From assembly GCA_013416795.1 (NCBI GenBank), contig RQSC01001312.1, forward strand, positions 3,640 to 67,639: a DNA stretch of 64,000 nucleotides, in the 5' to 3' direction. The DNA is from Prasinococcaceae sp. CCMP 1430 (Eukaryota > Plantae > Prasinodermophyta). Positions 21,079 to 32,226 of this stretch are shown here, in pieces; positions within the stretch are counted from its first letter, which is position 1; each line of letters begins with the position of its first letter. Both the position numbers and the translations under genes were made by a program. Under the pieces are notes generated by a model, which saw only the letters and a program-made list of their open reading frames with translations, had not been told where the DNA came from and searched no databases.

Positions 21079-22307
21079 CAGGTCGTGGGTACGTGCGGAG
21101 ACCCCCCCCGCTGTGTTTTGCACGCCGCGTGCGTCACCCTCACCCCAGGCCGCGCTGCGTAGTGCTGCGCCGCACCGCCCGAGCCGGAGGTGCAGGTAAT
21201 TCTATTGTACATGGAGAGCACTCAGTCGCTCAGTCGACGAGCGCCCCGCCGCCGCGCAGGCCGGCGCCACTCGGGACGCCTGCTGCGGCTCCCTCGAGGC
21301 CGAGGCCTCCGGCGGCGTGCGTGCGTGCCACCAGCCAGCCGCTACCCCACCACGCGCAACTCGGGCGCGTCGACGGCGAAGGAGCCGGGCATTCTCGCTC
21401 GGACTCGGATGCCTCCGGGTCCCACGCCAGCAGCTTCAAGGCGCCACACCATCGCGCCGGCGGGCCCGGCGAGGCCGTCGCCCGCGCCCACGGCCATGCC
21501 CGCGCCGCGCGCGCCCGCGTCGTCCTCAGGCTGCCGCCGCTGCACCCCCTTGGCTGCTCGCGCGGGAGGGCGCCCGAACGCGCGGCGGGCCAGGCCGCGC
21601 TCGCGGATATTTCCCCCGTTCGAAACGCATTTCGCATCCCAATCCGCGTTTTACCCCCCGTCCATTTGATTCATTCAGACGCGTGAGTCATTCGGAAGGG
21701 AGGTTTTGGAACGGCGCGGGTTTGGCCTCGCGGTGGGGATTCGGCGCGGGGCGGCGTAGGGTTTTGGGAGCGGCGGCTGCGCCTGCCCTGTGCGCGCGCG
21801 CGCGCTGCGGCGGCGGCCCGCTGCGGCAGCTCAACACCCGCCGCTGCGATGCNNNNNNNNNNNNNNNNNNNNNNNNNNNNNNNNNNNNNNNNNNNNNNNN
21901 NNNNNNNNNNNNNNNNNNNNNNNNNNNNNNNNNNNNNNNNNNNNNNNNNNNNNNNNNNNNNNNNNNNNNNNNNNNNNNNNNNNNNNNNNNNNNNNNNNNN
22001 NNNNNNNNNNNNNNNNNNNNNNNNNNNNNNNNNNNNNNNNNNNNNNNNNNNNNNNNNNNNNNNNNNNNNNNNNNNNNNNNNNNNNNNNNNNNNNNNNNNN
22101 NNNNNNNNNNNNNNNNNNNNNNNNNNNNNNNNNNNNNNNNNNNNNNNNNNNNNNNNNNNNNNNNNNNNNNNNNCGCGCGCGCGCGCGCGCGCCCACCGCG
22201 TCCGCAGTCCTCCGGAATCGCAAGCTAGAGCGTTACACTGCTCCTCGTATTAGTAGTTGGCGCCGTGGCCACACGCGCGCACTTTCGGACTCTGGCGCGA
22301 GCGCCGC

Positions 22308-24587
22308 TCAATCGGCCTCGGCGCCCGCCAGCTTCTCCTTCTGCGCGGCCGCGCGCGCGGCGAGGGCGGCCTCCCTGCGCGCGCGCGCGCCGAGCGGCTT
22401 GCCGCCAGGGTGCGCGCCGCCGGCCGCGCGCCGCGCCTTCTCGAGGTGCAGCAGCAGAGCGTCGATGTCGGCGGGCGACACGCCGGCCACGCGCTGGGCG
22501 GCGGCGATGTCGCGCGGCCGCGCGGCAGACAGCTTCTCGCGCGCTTCGGCGCGCAGCGTCGCCACCTGCGCGTAGTCCAGCTCGGACGGCAGCGCCATCG
22601 CCGCGCGCCCCTCGACGCGCTGGCGCTGCTTCTCGGCGCGCTCGATGAAACCCGCGTACTTCACGTCAATTTCGACGCCCTCCCGCTCGGCGAAGCTCAG
22701 CGAGCGGGCGGGATGGTCCGCCGCGAGGCCCTGCGACGATGCGCGGGCGCGCGAGGCAGCGACAAAGAGAGCGTCGGCGTCAGCACCCGCGCGCGAGAGC
22801 GCCTGCGAGCGCGCGAGCGCGCGCGGTCACGCCCGGGTCAAAGGAGTCGGGGGCTGTGCGCGCGTCGCGCTGATGAGCGACAGCGCTCGGCGGCCCAGGC
22901 GGAGCAGCAGCGCACGCACCTCGTAGAACTCCTCCCCGGCCTGCGCCAGCGTGTCGTACCCAACGTGGCCGCGCTGGAGCAGCTTGGCCAGCTTGACGGG
23001 CGCGTTGGGGTCGGCCATCGGCTGGCCACTGGCCGCCGCGGCGGCGTCGCCGACGGGCGAACTTGAGCCCACGCTGGTCTGGTGCAGCCGCGCCTTCTCC
23101 GCGTCGATGGCGGCGACCTTCGACTCGAACGCCGCCCAGCGCTCGTCGCCCACCAGGCCCCACTCTCGGCCGAGGGGCGTGAGGCGCCTGTCGGCGTTGT
23201 CGCCGCGCAGCAGCAGCCTGAACTCGGAGCGCGAGGTGAGCACGCGGTAGGGCTCGCGCAGGTCCTTGGTGACGAGGTCGTCCACCATGGTGCCGATGTA
23301 CGAGCTGTGGCGCGGCAGCTCCACGAGGTCCTCGCCGCCCGCGTGGCGCGCGGCGTTCACGCCCGCCAGCAGGCCCTGCGCGGCGGCCTCCTCGTACCCC
23401 GTGGTGCCGTTGATCTGCCCCGACAGGAAGAGCCCGCTCACCCTGCGCGTCTGCAGCGTGTGGTGGCACTGGTTCGCGGGGAAGTAGTCGTACTCGACGG
23501 CGTACGCCGGCCGCAGCATGGACACGTTCTCGAGGCCCGGCAGCGAGCGCAGCATGGGCAGCTGCAGCCGCTCGGGCAGGCCCGTGGAGAAGCCCTGCAC
23601 GTAGATCTCGGGCGTGTGTCGCCCCTCGGGCTCCAGGAAGATCTGGTGCGACTCCTTGTCGGCGAAGCGCACGATCTTGTCCTCGATGCTCGGGCAGTAG
23701 CGCGGCCCCTTGGCGTCGACCCAGCCGCCGTAGGTGGGCGTCTCGTCCAGGTTGTCGCGGATGAGCTTGTGCGTGGCGGCGGTTGTCCGCGTGATGTAGC
23801 AGCTCATCTGCTCGCGCCGCACGTGCGCGGCGGGGTCGAAGCTGAAGAAGCGGTCGTGCGCCTCGCCCGGCTGCTCCTCCATCCCGGAGAAGTCGATGGT
23901 GCGCGCGTCCACGCGCGCCGGGGTGCCCGTCTTGAGGCGCCCCGTCTCAAAGCCGAGCTTCTCCAGCGCCTCGGTGAGGCCCTCGCTGGGCGCCTCGCCC
24001 GCGCGCCCCGCGGGCAGGCTCGTCCGCCCCACCCATATCCTGCCGTTGCCGAAGGTGCCCGTGGTGAGCACCACCGCGCGCGCGTGCAGCTCCATGCCGA
24101 AGAGCGTGCGCACGCCGCGCACGTCGTCGTTGGGGCCCAGCAGCACGTCGGTGGCCATGCCCTCGCGCAGCGACAGGTTGGGCGTCGACTCGAGCACCTT
24201 GCGCATCTCCTCCGCGTACTCCTTCTTGTCCGTCTGGCAGCGCAGCGCCCACACGGCGGGGCCCTTGGACATGTTCAGCACGCGCTTCTGGAGGTACGTG
24301 CGGTCGGCCAGCTTGCCGATCTCGCCGCCGAGCGCGTCCACCTCGTGCACGAGCGTCGACTTGGCCGGCCCGCCCACCGCGGGGTTGCACGGCTGCCAGG
24401 CGATGCGGTCGAGGCTCATGGTCAACAGGAGCGTGCTGCGTCCCATGCGCGCCGACGCCAGCGCGGCCTCGCACCCCGCGTGGCCGCCGCCCACGACGAC
24501 CACGTCGTACGTCTCGCCGTCGTCCCCCGCGCGCGCCGCGGACGCGCACGTCCGCGCGGCGCGATCCTTTCCAGTAGGAGGCGAGTG
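22308..24587 (-). CDS. mnmG: tRNA uridine-5-carboxymethylaminomethyl modification enzyme MnmG/GidA; intron 22731-22919; start lost near the N at 24588
   Basis: [85 protein letters not shown]. Confidence 0.96.
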
Positions 24588-26150
24588 NCCCCCCGCCCCC
24601 GCCCCCGGCGCGCGCGCGCGCGCGGGCCAGCCGCCTTTAACTCCGACGAGCGGGGTTTGGGGTCGGATCCTAATTTGGGTCAATATTTAAGGGTTTATAG
24701 TCACGGCTCGGTGGGGAAGGTGACACCGCCACCGACGAGGCGCTCGCCGTGCCCGCGGTGTCGCCCCCGTCCGTGCCATGGCACCGACGGGGCACAATGC
24801 CGTCGGCGACGCCGGCGCGCTCTTGTGCTGCAGCTGCGGCTTGATCGTTAGTTGGGAAGGTGACACCGCCACCGACGATGCCCCTCCCACCCTGCAGACG
24901 GCGCGCCCGGCGACTCCGCCACGCGCGTGCCGCACGTCGTGTCCACTGCGAAGGCGCCGTACACGCGGTGCACTTGGCACACGTTGGGATCGACGGTGAC
25001 TCGGCCGGCGGTCCACGGCTGATCGTCGGTCGCGTCGAGCGCCGCGCACGTAGGCGCGGCGCGTCCGCGATGCGGACAAGCGCGCCCGCGATGTTGACAA
25101 GTGCGCCCGCGTGGCCAAGCGCGAGGAGACGGAGGCGCTGCATGCGGCAGAGGCGGCGACCTCGGGGGTGACCCACGCCGCCGAGTGCTCCGTCTTCGAG
25201 TATGAGCAGCCGGCGAAGCGCCCGCGTAGCGGAACCAAGGGGCATGGGTACAGGCGCTGCTCCCGTGCCCGCTACATGGCGAAGCTAGAGTTTTCCGCAT
25301 CCTCGGCACTCAACCACGAGGAGCCTTCCGATCCGCTCCGCGCGCGCGCCGCCCACGTCCACCCATTTCGATGGCGCCTCAGTACGACCACCTCCGAAAT
25401 CCGAAAGTACCCCACAACTACCCACGGGAACGCGGGATTCTTTCGCACGCACACGTCAAAATGAGAGGGACGCCGCGCGCGCCGCGGCGGCGGGTGCGAA
25501 GTGCGCGCGCGCGAGATTTTTTTTTTTAAACCCACACGCAGCCGCCGGGCGGAATGCATTGAGAGGAAGGCGTCTCTTTTTTGCCGTGGTGACTAAAAAG
25601 AAACAAACGCATGCATTTTGACCGGAGGTGCGAGCCAACGGGGGCCACAAAAAACTTTAGATTCGTTTTGGGGAGGTTGGGCGAGGGGCTCCGTCGCATC
25701 CGAACCAGGTGTGCGCGCGTCGAACCCGGTACGTCCACTTTGACCCGGTCAGTCTGTTTGCTTTCGGGGGGATGTTGGCACGCCCGGTCAGGCCGGCCAG
25801 GTTCGGCGCGGGTCTCCGTCGCACTCGAACCAGGTATTAGCGCTTCAAACCCGGTACGTCGAGTTTGACCCGGTTTGTCTGTTTTCTTTTTCAACCCGGC
25901 CGATCGCGAAAGTGCGAATTTCGAGCGCGCGGCGCCACACTGCGCGGGCGGTGCGCCCGCGGGGGAGGGGCAGGGAGAGGTGGGTGGGGCGTGAGGGAGG
26001 GTGGGTGTTGGGGGGGTGACGGCCCTCGGTTGTGTTGAAGAGGAGGGCGTGAGGGTGGGGGTGAGGGGAAGAGGTTGAGGCGATGGCGGCGCTCGCGGCC
26101 GCGCGCGCGCGGCCGCGCGCGATCGAGGGCGCCAGGGCGCGGCGGGCGGC

Positions 26151-27928
26151 ATGGAGGCGCTCGACGCGCTGGGCGCCGCGGACGCGGCGCTGGCCGCGCT
26201 GGGCGTGGACGGGGCGGGCCGCGGTCGGCGGCCGACCGGGGGCCTCAAGCCGACCGGGTCCATTCGGCCGCCGCGGCCCTTGGACGACCTCATCCGCTAC
26301 TCGGCCGCCGAAAAAATGAAGGCTCTGCCCTTCGACGACGGCACCGGCGATGACGAGATGCACCCGCAGCTGAAGCGCCAGCCCCTGACGGCCGAGGGCG
26401 CGAAGTCGGCCTTCTGGGACTGGGCGCCCGCCGAGAGCGAGGCCGCGGAACCCGCGTTCCTCGACATCGCGTTCGAGTCGGCCGTGCTCGCGCCGAGCGC
26501 GACCTCGTCCACCGACGCGGGCCTGCCCGGCTGGGAGTCGGACCAACGCGACGCCACCCCGGACGCCGGCTGGGAGTCGTCGGACGAGGAGGACGCCGGC
26601 GCGGACACGAGCGACGTCCAGACCGTGGCGGGCGCGCCGTCGTACCTCGTCCTGAAGGCCACCACGGCGAAAGTCGACGACTCGGCGAAGACCGATGCGC
26701 TCGACGCCGAGACGTTGGCGCACAAGAAGGAGTCGGAGGTCGCGCGCCTGGCGGAGAAGAAGGTGTCCGAGGTCGCGCGCGCGGTGGCGGAAGCGGCAAT
26801 CGCTGCGGCGGTGCCAGACTCGGGCATCGAGGTGTGCGCCAAGACCGCCGACGGCACCACCACGTGGACCAGCCGCGGCACTGAGGATGTGGGCGATGGC
26901 CGCCTGCGCCGTTGGACGCGCGTCCGAGGCGCTGCGGCGGACGGCTCCACCGAGTGGGAGGAGCGCTGGTGGGAGACGAGCGACCGCTTCGGCTACCGCG
27001 AGCTGGGTGCCGCCAAGGAGGGGCGCGACAGCAAGGGCACGGTCTGGGCAGAGTCCTGGACCGAGGCCATCGACGAGGCCGCCGGCGGCCTCACGGCCGT
27101 GCAGCGCTCCGCCGACAAGCGCGGCGCCGACGCCGACGGCGCCGAGTGGCACGAGCGCTGGGGAGAGTACTACGAGGACGGTGGCGTCGCAGACAAGTGG
27201 GCCGACAAGTGGTCGAAGGTGGCGCCGGGCGCGTACGTGGCGCCGGGCCACGGCTCGTACTGGCACGAGCGATGGGGAGAGAGATACGAGGTACGCGTTG
27301 CGCGCGTGCGGGCTGCGTGACGCTCTGTGGATGTCCATGTGGGTGCCGTGCCAGCGCGCGCAGGTGTGCGTGCGCGAAAGTGCGCGCGCGCGTGTGTCTG
27401 TGTGCGCGCGCGCTGACGGCCCCGGCTCCGAACGCCCGCGCCCGCACTGCAGACTGGAGGGGAGATCCTCAAGTGGACTGATCGGTGGGCGGAGCGCCAG
27501 GCTGAGGGCTCCTCGTGGGGCGACAAGTGGGAGGAGAACCACGCCGCGGGCGGGGGAGGATGGAAGCGGGGCGAGACGTGGAAGAAATGGGCCGACGGTG
27601 GGCAGTGGGTGCAGCAGTGGGCGGAGGAGTCGGCGTTTGGCGGCGTGCGCAAGTACGGCGGCAACAGCGACGGCCACAACTGGGACAGCTTCGAGGATGG
27701 CGCGCTCTGGGTGTCCGGGAATCACTTCAATTACGACATGGCACTCTCGCACTCGCCGTACCTCCTCTCCGTGAAGCTGAGAGGCGAATACGAGCTGGAG
27801 CAGATGGCGGCGCCGACGCAGGCGGCGAAGGACGCGCCGACGTCGGGCGCGTTGGGCTCGGTGGCGATGTTTGGCGCCGCTGGACCCCCCGAGGGCGCCG
27901 ACGGCTCCGCCGCCGCGCGCGCCGCTCG
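26151..27928 (+). CDS. LESV: LESV (Like Early Starvation) Trp-rich starch-granule protein; intron 27291-27452; 3' end in gap
   Basis: RWTRVRGAAADGSTEWEERWWETSDRFGYRELG, WHERWGEYY, GHGSYWHERWGERYE|TGGEILKWTDRWAE, WGDKWEE, RGETW, VRKYG..DGHNWD. Confidence 0.85.
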
Positions 27929-28654
27929 NNNNNNNNNNNNNNNNNNNNNNNNNNNNNNNNNNNNNNNNNNNNNNNNNNNNNNNNNNNNNNNNNNNNNNNN
28001 NNNNNNNNNNNNNNNNNNNNNNNNNNNNNNNNNNNNNNNNNNNNNNNNNNNNNNNNNNNNNNNNNNNNNNNNNNNNNNNNNNNNNNNNNNNNNNNNNNNN
28101 NNNNNNNNNNNNNNNNNNNNNNNNNNNNNNNNNNNNNNNNNNNNNNNNNNNNNNNNNNNNNNNNNNNNNNNNNNNNNNNNNNNNNNNNNNNNNNNNNNNN
28201 NNNNNNNNNNNNNNNNNNNNNNNNNNNNNNNNNNNNNNNNNNNNNNNNNNNNNNNNNNNNNNNNNNNNNNNNNNNNNNNNNNNNNNNNNNNNNNNNNNNN
28301 NNNNNNNNNNNNNNNNNNNNNNNNNNNNNNNNNNNNNNNNNNNNNNNNNNNNNNNNNNNNNNNNNNNGGGCGCGTTGGTGGAGCGGCCTCCACGAGCTTG
28401 CGCGGCACCCGCGGCGCGCTGCGGGCGCGTACGAGGATGAAGTCGTGGGTTTTACACACGTCCTCCCGGAGTGACTGCGCGAGGGCCGCGTCGGCAGCCG
28501 CTGCGCGCGCGCGCGCGCGCGACGTGCCGCGCGGCGGCCGCGCACTCCGCGCGTGCGTATAGTGGGGTGGAGAGTAGAGTGCGTCCATACCGTCCCTTGG
28601 CATTGCATCTGGTACGATGCGCGCTAGCGAAGTGTCTCCATGGCGGGCTTCATG

Positions 28655-28780
28655 CCGAGGGCGAAGTTGGAGGCGTCGGTCATGATAACCTCGGGGCGAT
28701 CTGCGCGCGGGAGGGCCAGCACCGGTGCTCTTGTATGGCGCTCCATGAGTTCCTCAAAGGCCGCCTGTTCCACATCGCTG
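28655..28780 (-). mobile_element. Degenerate Ty3/Gypsy pol fragment (RT connection / RNase H N-terminus)
   Basis: EQAAFEELMERHTRAPVLALPRADRPEVIMTDASNFALG matches Q-x-AF-x2-LK-x2-LT-x-APVLALPD...F-x3-TDAS-x2-ALG. Confidence 0.7.
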
Positions 28781-29175
28781 CAGTCTGCGAGGGCGAGCAT
28801 CTCGCCGCCGATCCGGCGGACCGGCGACGTCGTGGGTGGCATTCCGCGTGCGCATCGCCCGCCATGGCGGGCCTAGGGTCCTAGATGCATTGCGTTTTCT
28901 CGCGTTTGCGCGCGAGCGTTCACAGCAAAAGCATTAGATTCCATATCAAAACTTATCGAAATGCATTTTGACGTACATTCACCACACAAATTCCAGACGA
29001 TCGCGCGGCATTTGCGCGCGACGGCGGCGCCACAGCGCGCGCGCGGCCCTGCGCCGGCCAACAGCCCCCCCCCCGCGCGGAGCCCGCGACGCGCCCCCGC
29101 GGCCCGAGTCGCCGCCGCCTGCGCTCTGTGTTTTTCCGGCAGCGCCGACAAGTGGGTGATCGGCCGGCGGCGGCG

Positions 29176-30417
29176 ATGAGCGCGTGGGGCGGGGGGTCGG
29201 ACAACCCGTTCGCCGCGCCGGCGGCGGCGCGGCCTGCGGTGGGCACGGCTGACAACCCCTTCCGCGACGGCGGTAACGAGTTCGTGGTGGCGCCGGAGGA
29301 TGATGCGGGGCCGCTGCCCAGCGCGGCCGCGGACTCGCCCTTCGGGCTGCGCGCCGACGCCGGCCAGCCGCGGGCATCGCCGAACTCGTACATCAGCTCG
29401 GAGTCGTACGCCAGGAAGATGGAGACGCCCAGCCCCGGCGCGGGAGGGTCCGCCTCCACTTCGGGACTCAACGGCACCCCGACCACGCAGCGCGAGCTCG
29501 ATCTGGAACGCCGCGAGGTACGCTCGCGCGCGCGCGCATTTGCAGTACACACAGACGCATCTTCCAGGCGCGCCTCTTTTTGGTCTCTGTGCCTCCGATA
29601 GACGCACAACGTGGCATCTATGCCGGACGCATGCGCGCATGCCCGCCGACTCACCCGCGCTCAACGCACTGACATCCAATGCGAACGTGCGCGCCTCGCC
29701 CGCCCGCTCGATCGGCAGGCCGAGCTCGAGCGCCGCGAGCAGGAGGTACAGCGCCTCATCAAGGAGACAGGCTACAAGCCCAAAAACTGGCCGAGCTGTT
29801 ACCCCATTTTGTACCACGACATTGCTGCTGAGATCCCTGCAGACAACCGGATGCTCGTGCGCTGGGCGTACTACAGCTGGATGCTCACTGTGGCGGCCTG
29901 GCTGTGGTTCTGGTTCAGCGTGCTCCTCGGCGTCATTTTCGACGCGAACAAGCTTCTGGGAGGATTTTCCAATTTCGTGGTGAACTCCATGGCGACGGTC
30001 ATCGGGCTGTGGGTGAGCTGGAATGTCAACTACCGCACGCTCTTCCGTGCGGCGAGAATCGACAGCGTGCTCTCATACGGCTGGTTCTTCCTGAACCACA
30101 CTGCCCACATCGGATGGTGGTGCTGGTGCGCCGTAGGGGTCCCGGCGCTCAACTACCCGCCGGGCTTCATGACGATGCTCGATGCGCTCGGTGTCAATAC
30201 CTTCGCGGGCGTCATTTACGCCATCGCCTTCGCCTTCGATGTCCTCGTGGCGGGGTTCAGCACGTGGGTACAGTTGTACGCTATCAAGAAGTTCCGCGGG
30301 CAGGGCGGTGTCGCTGAGCTCACGCGACAGGGCCAGGCGGCGGCAACGGCGGTGAGGGCCGCCAACACGCTGAACTCAGCGAGCGGTGGCTTCCAGTCCT
30401 CGCCAGCAATACCCTAG
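29176..30417 (+). CDS. SCAMP: Secretory carrier membrane protein; intron 29518-29718
   Basis: Two N-terminal DNPF motifs, a coiled coil, KNWP..YPILYHDIAAEIP, and four TMs. Confidence 0.9.
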
Positions 30418-30839
30418 GAGCGTTCCATGCTGGATCCATTTACATGTGCGAGCAAGCTACCGGTGACGGGCCACTGGTGGCTGGGCGCGTGCAACAGGTG
30501 GAAGGACGAGAGTGAATGCGCACACGACCGTGCGTCGGGGGCTAGTGTGTCACTGCGTGCGACCAGTGTGCACACGGCGTTCCACTCGACCGTGACAAAC
30601 GAGACGCGCGTGTGCTGCCAGCGGCGAGCAGAATGGCGCGCGGTACCGCGCTAAGCCGCCACAGATACATGTAGGCGCGCGTGCGGACGTGCGTCCATGC
30701 GCCGTACGTCATACATCTAAGCTCAACTTAACGATCGGCGTACTCGGCACTCTGTCCTCCACGCGCACGCGCTAGGCACGCGCCGCATGTCCTGGTGCAA
30801 GAGCTATCTAGGGAAAGAGCGAGCGTCGCGCAGGGATAT

Positions 30840-31945
30840 CTATGCATCCTTTTCACGCGTGCCAACGGCCGGCGCGACCATCGCCAGGCTGCTCTGGCTC
30901 GCTGCGAACCGCTTCACTGACGCGGGCAGCCATCGTACCAACGCAGAAGCGACAACCGCCGATCCTTGGTCCGCTCCTGCCAGCGCCGCCTGGCGGGCCT
31001 TGAGCGCATCGAATGTGTCACGCACATGCGGCAGCAGCCCAGGGGGCATGCGCAAGGGCGAGAAGAGCTCCGATAGGTCGCCTCGCCCCCAGCGCACGCG
31101 CAGCACGCTGTAGGCGTGTACCATTGCCATGTAGTCGAGCATGTCCTGAGGCATGTGCGCCTCCTCCACCAGGTGGGACTGCGCGCGCGCAGCCATATTA
31201 TCGCCCGCACGAGCAAGTGAAAACCCACCACCACACGCACACATGCACCATCATGACGTTAGCTAGCACACGTACATCGGGGTACCGTCAATGCGGCCGC
31301 CAGGTTTAGCCTCTCAACTACTCCACTTACCTCTTGCTCGATGATCGTGGCCACGCGCTGGTGTGCTGGCAGGATGCTGGTCTCCATCCACTCGACGTAT
31401 GACTCCCTGAGGGTGTCGTCCTCGGCAACGCGCCTCATCAATTCCGGCATGCCTTCCGGATACTTCACGCCGACGACGGAGCGGGCGAACAGGGAGAACA
31501 CCGCGGTCGTCGAACTCAGAACTGCGAGGAGTGGCCCGTACAGGCGTTCGAGCTTGTGCGCGTGATGCGGCAAGAAAGCGGCGACAGTTGGTAGTCAGCA
31601 CGTACGATGTGCAGAGGCGCTTACCACATGCGATACACGATGGAAGATGCCATCTATGCGCGACCACGAGCTACGCACGAACGAGGAGGATCTTTCGGCC
31701 GACGCGTACCTGCGCGTCTGCGCGTGCCAGCGCTGCGCGCCCGCACGAGTGCCGAGTCAGCGCGAGCATCGAACGCAGGGTCCGGTGTGCGCGAGGCCAG
31801 CGGCAGCGGCGCGGGCACTCGGTGACGCACCTGCCCGACGCCGCGCCGCGCGCAGCTCGAGGGCGCCCTGCGCCAGGTACGCCAGCGCGGCGCCCAGCAA
31901 TGACAGCACCGAAAACAGCAAGGAGGGCGCCGCCTCCCCAAGCAT
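30840..31945 (-). CDS. Four-exon hypothetical protein with N-terminal TM; includes a 23-nt microexon (31710-31732)
   Basis: MLGEAAPSLLFSVLSLLGAALAYLAQGALELRAARRRA|ALARADAQ|LERLYGPLLAVL...RVATIIEQE|SHLVEEAHMPQDMLDYMAMVHAY...; phases are consistent. Confidence 0.65.
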
Positions 31946-32226
31946 CCTGTGCGGGCGCACGGGCGCGCACCAAACGGCGGCCGCGCCCTCTGCTCCTCGA
32001 GACGCCTCGTCGCTCTCTCCGCCCCCCCTGCCAGCGCGCCGTGTGCCGTGCTCCCCAATGGCTCCCCCGCGCGCTTCCGACACGTTTGCGCGCAGCAGGG
32101 CGACGATTTTTGTACGCCCCCGCAGATGCCGTGAAATTGCTGTGTTGGCGCTGCAGCGCCAACGGGTGGTGCCACATTGCGCGCACGCGCCGCGCCGCGC
32201 GCGCGCGCATGCGCGCGCTGCGACGC

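Noticed and set aside
21190-21690. Short ORFs between two gaps
   Set aside because: No recognisable motifs, and no frame is clearly favoured.
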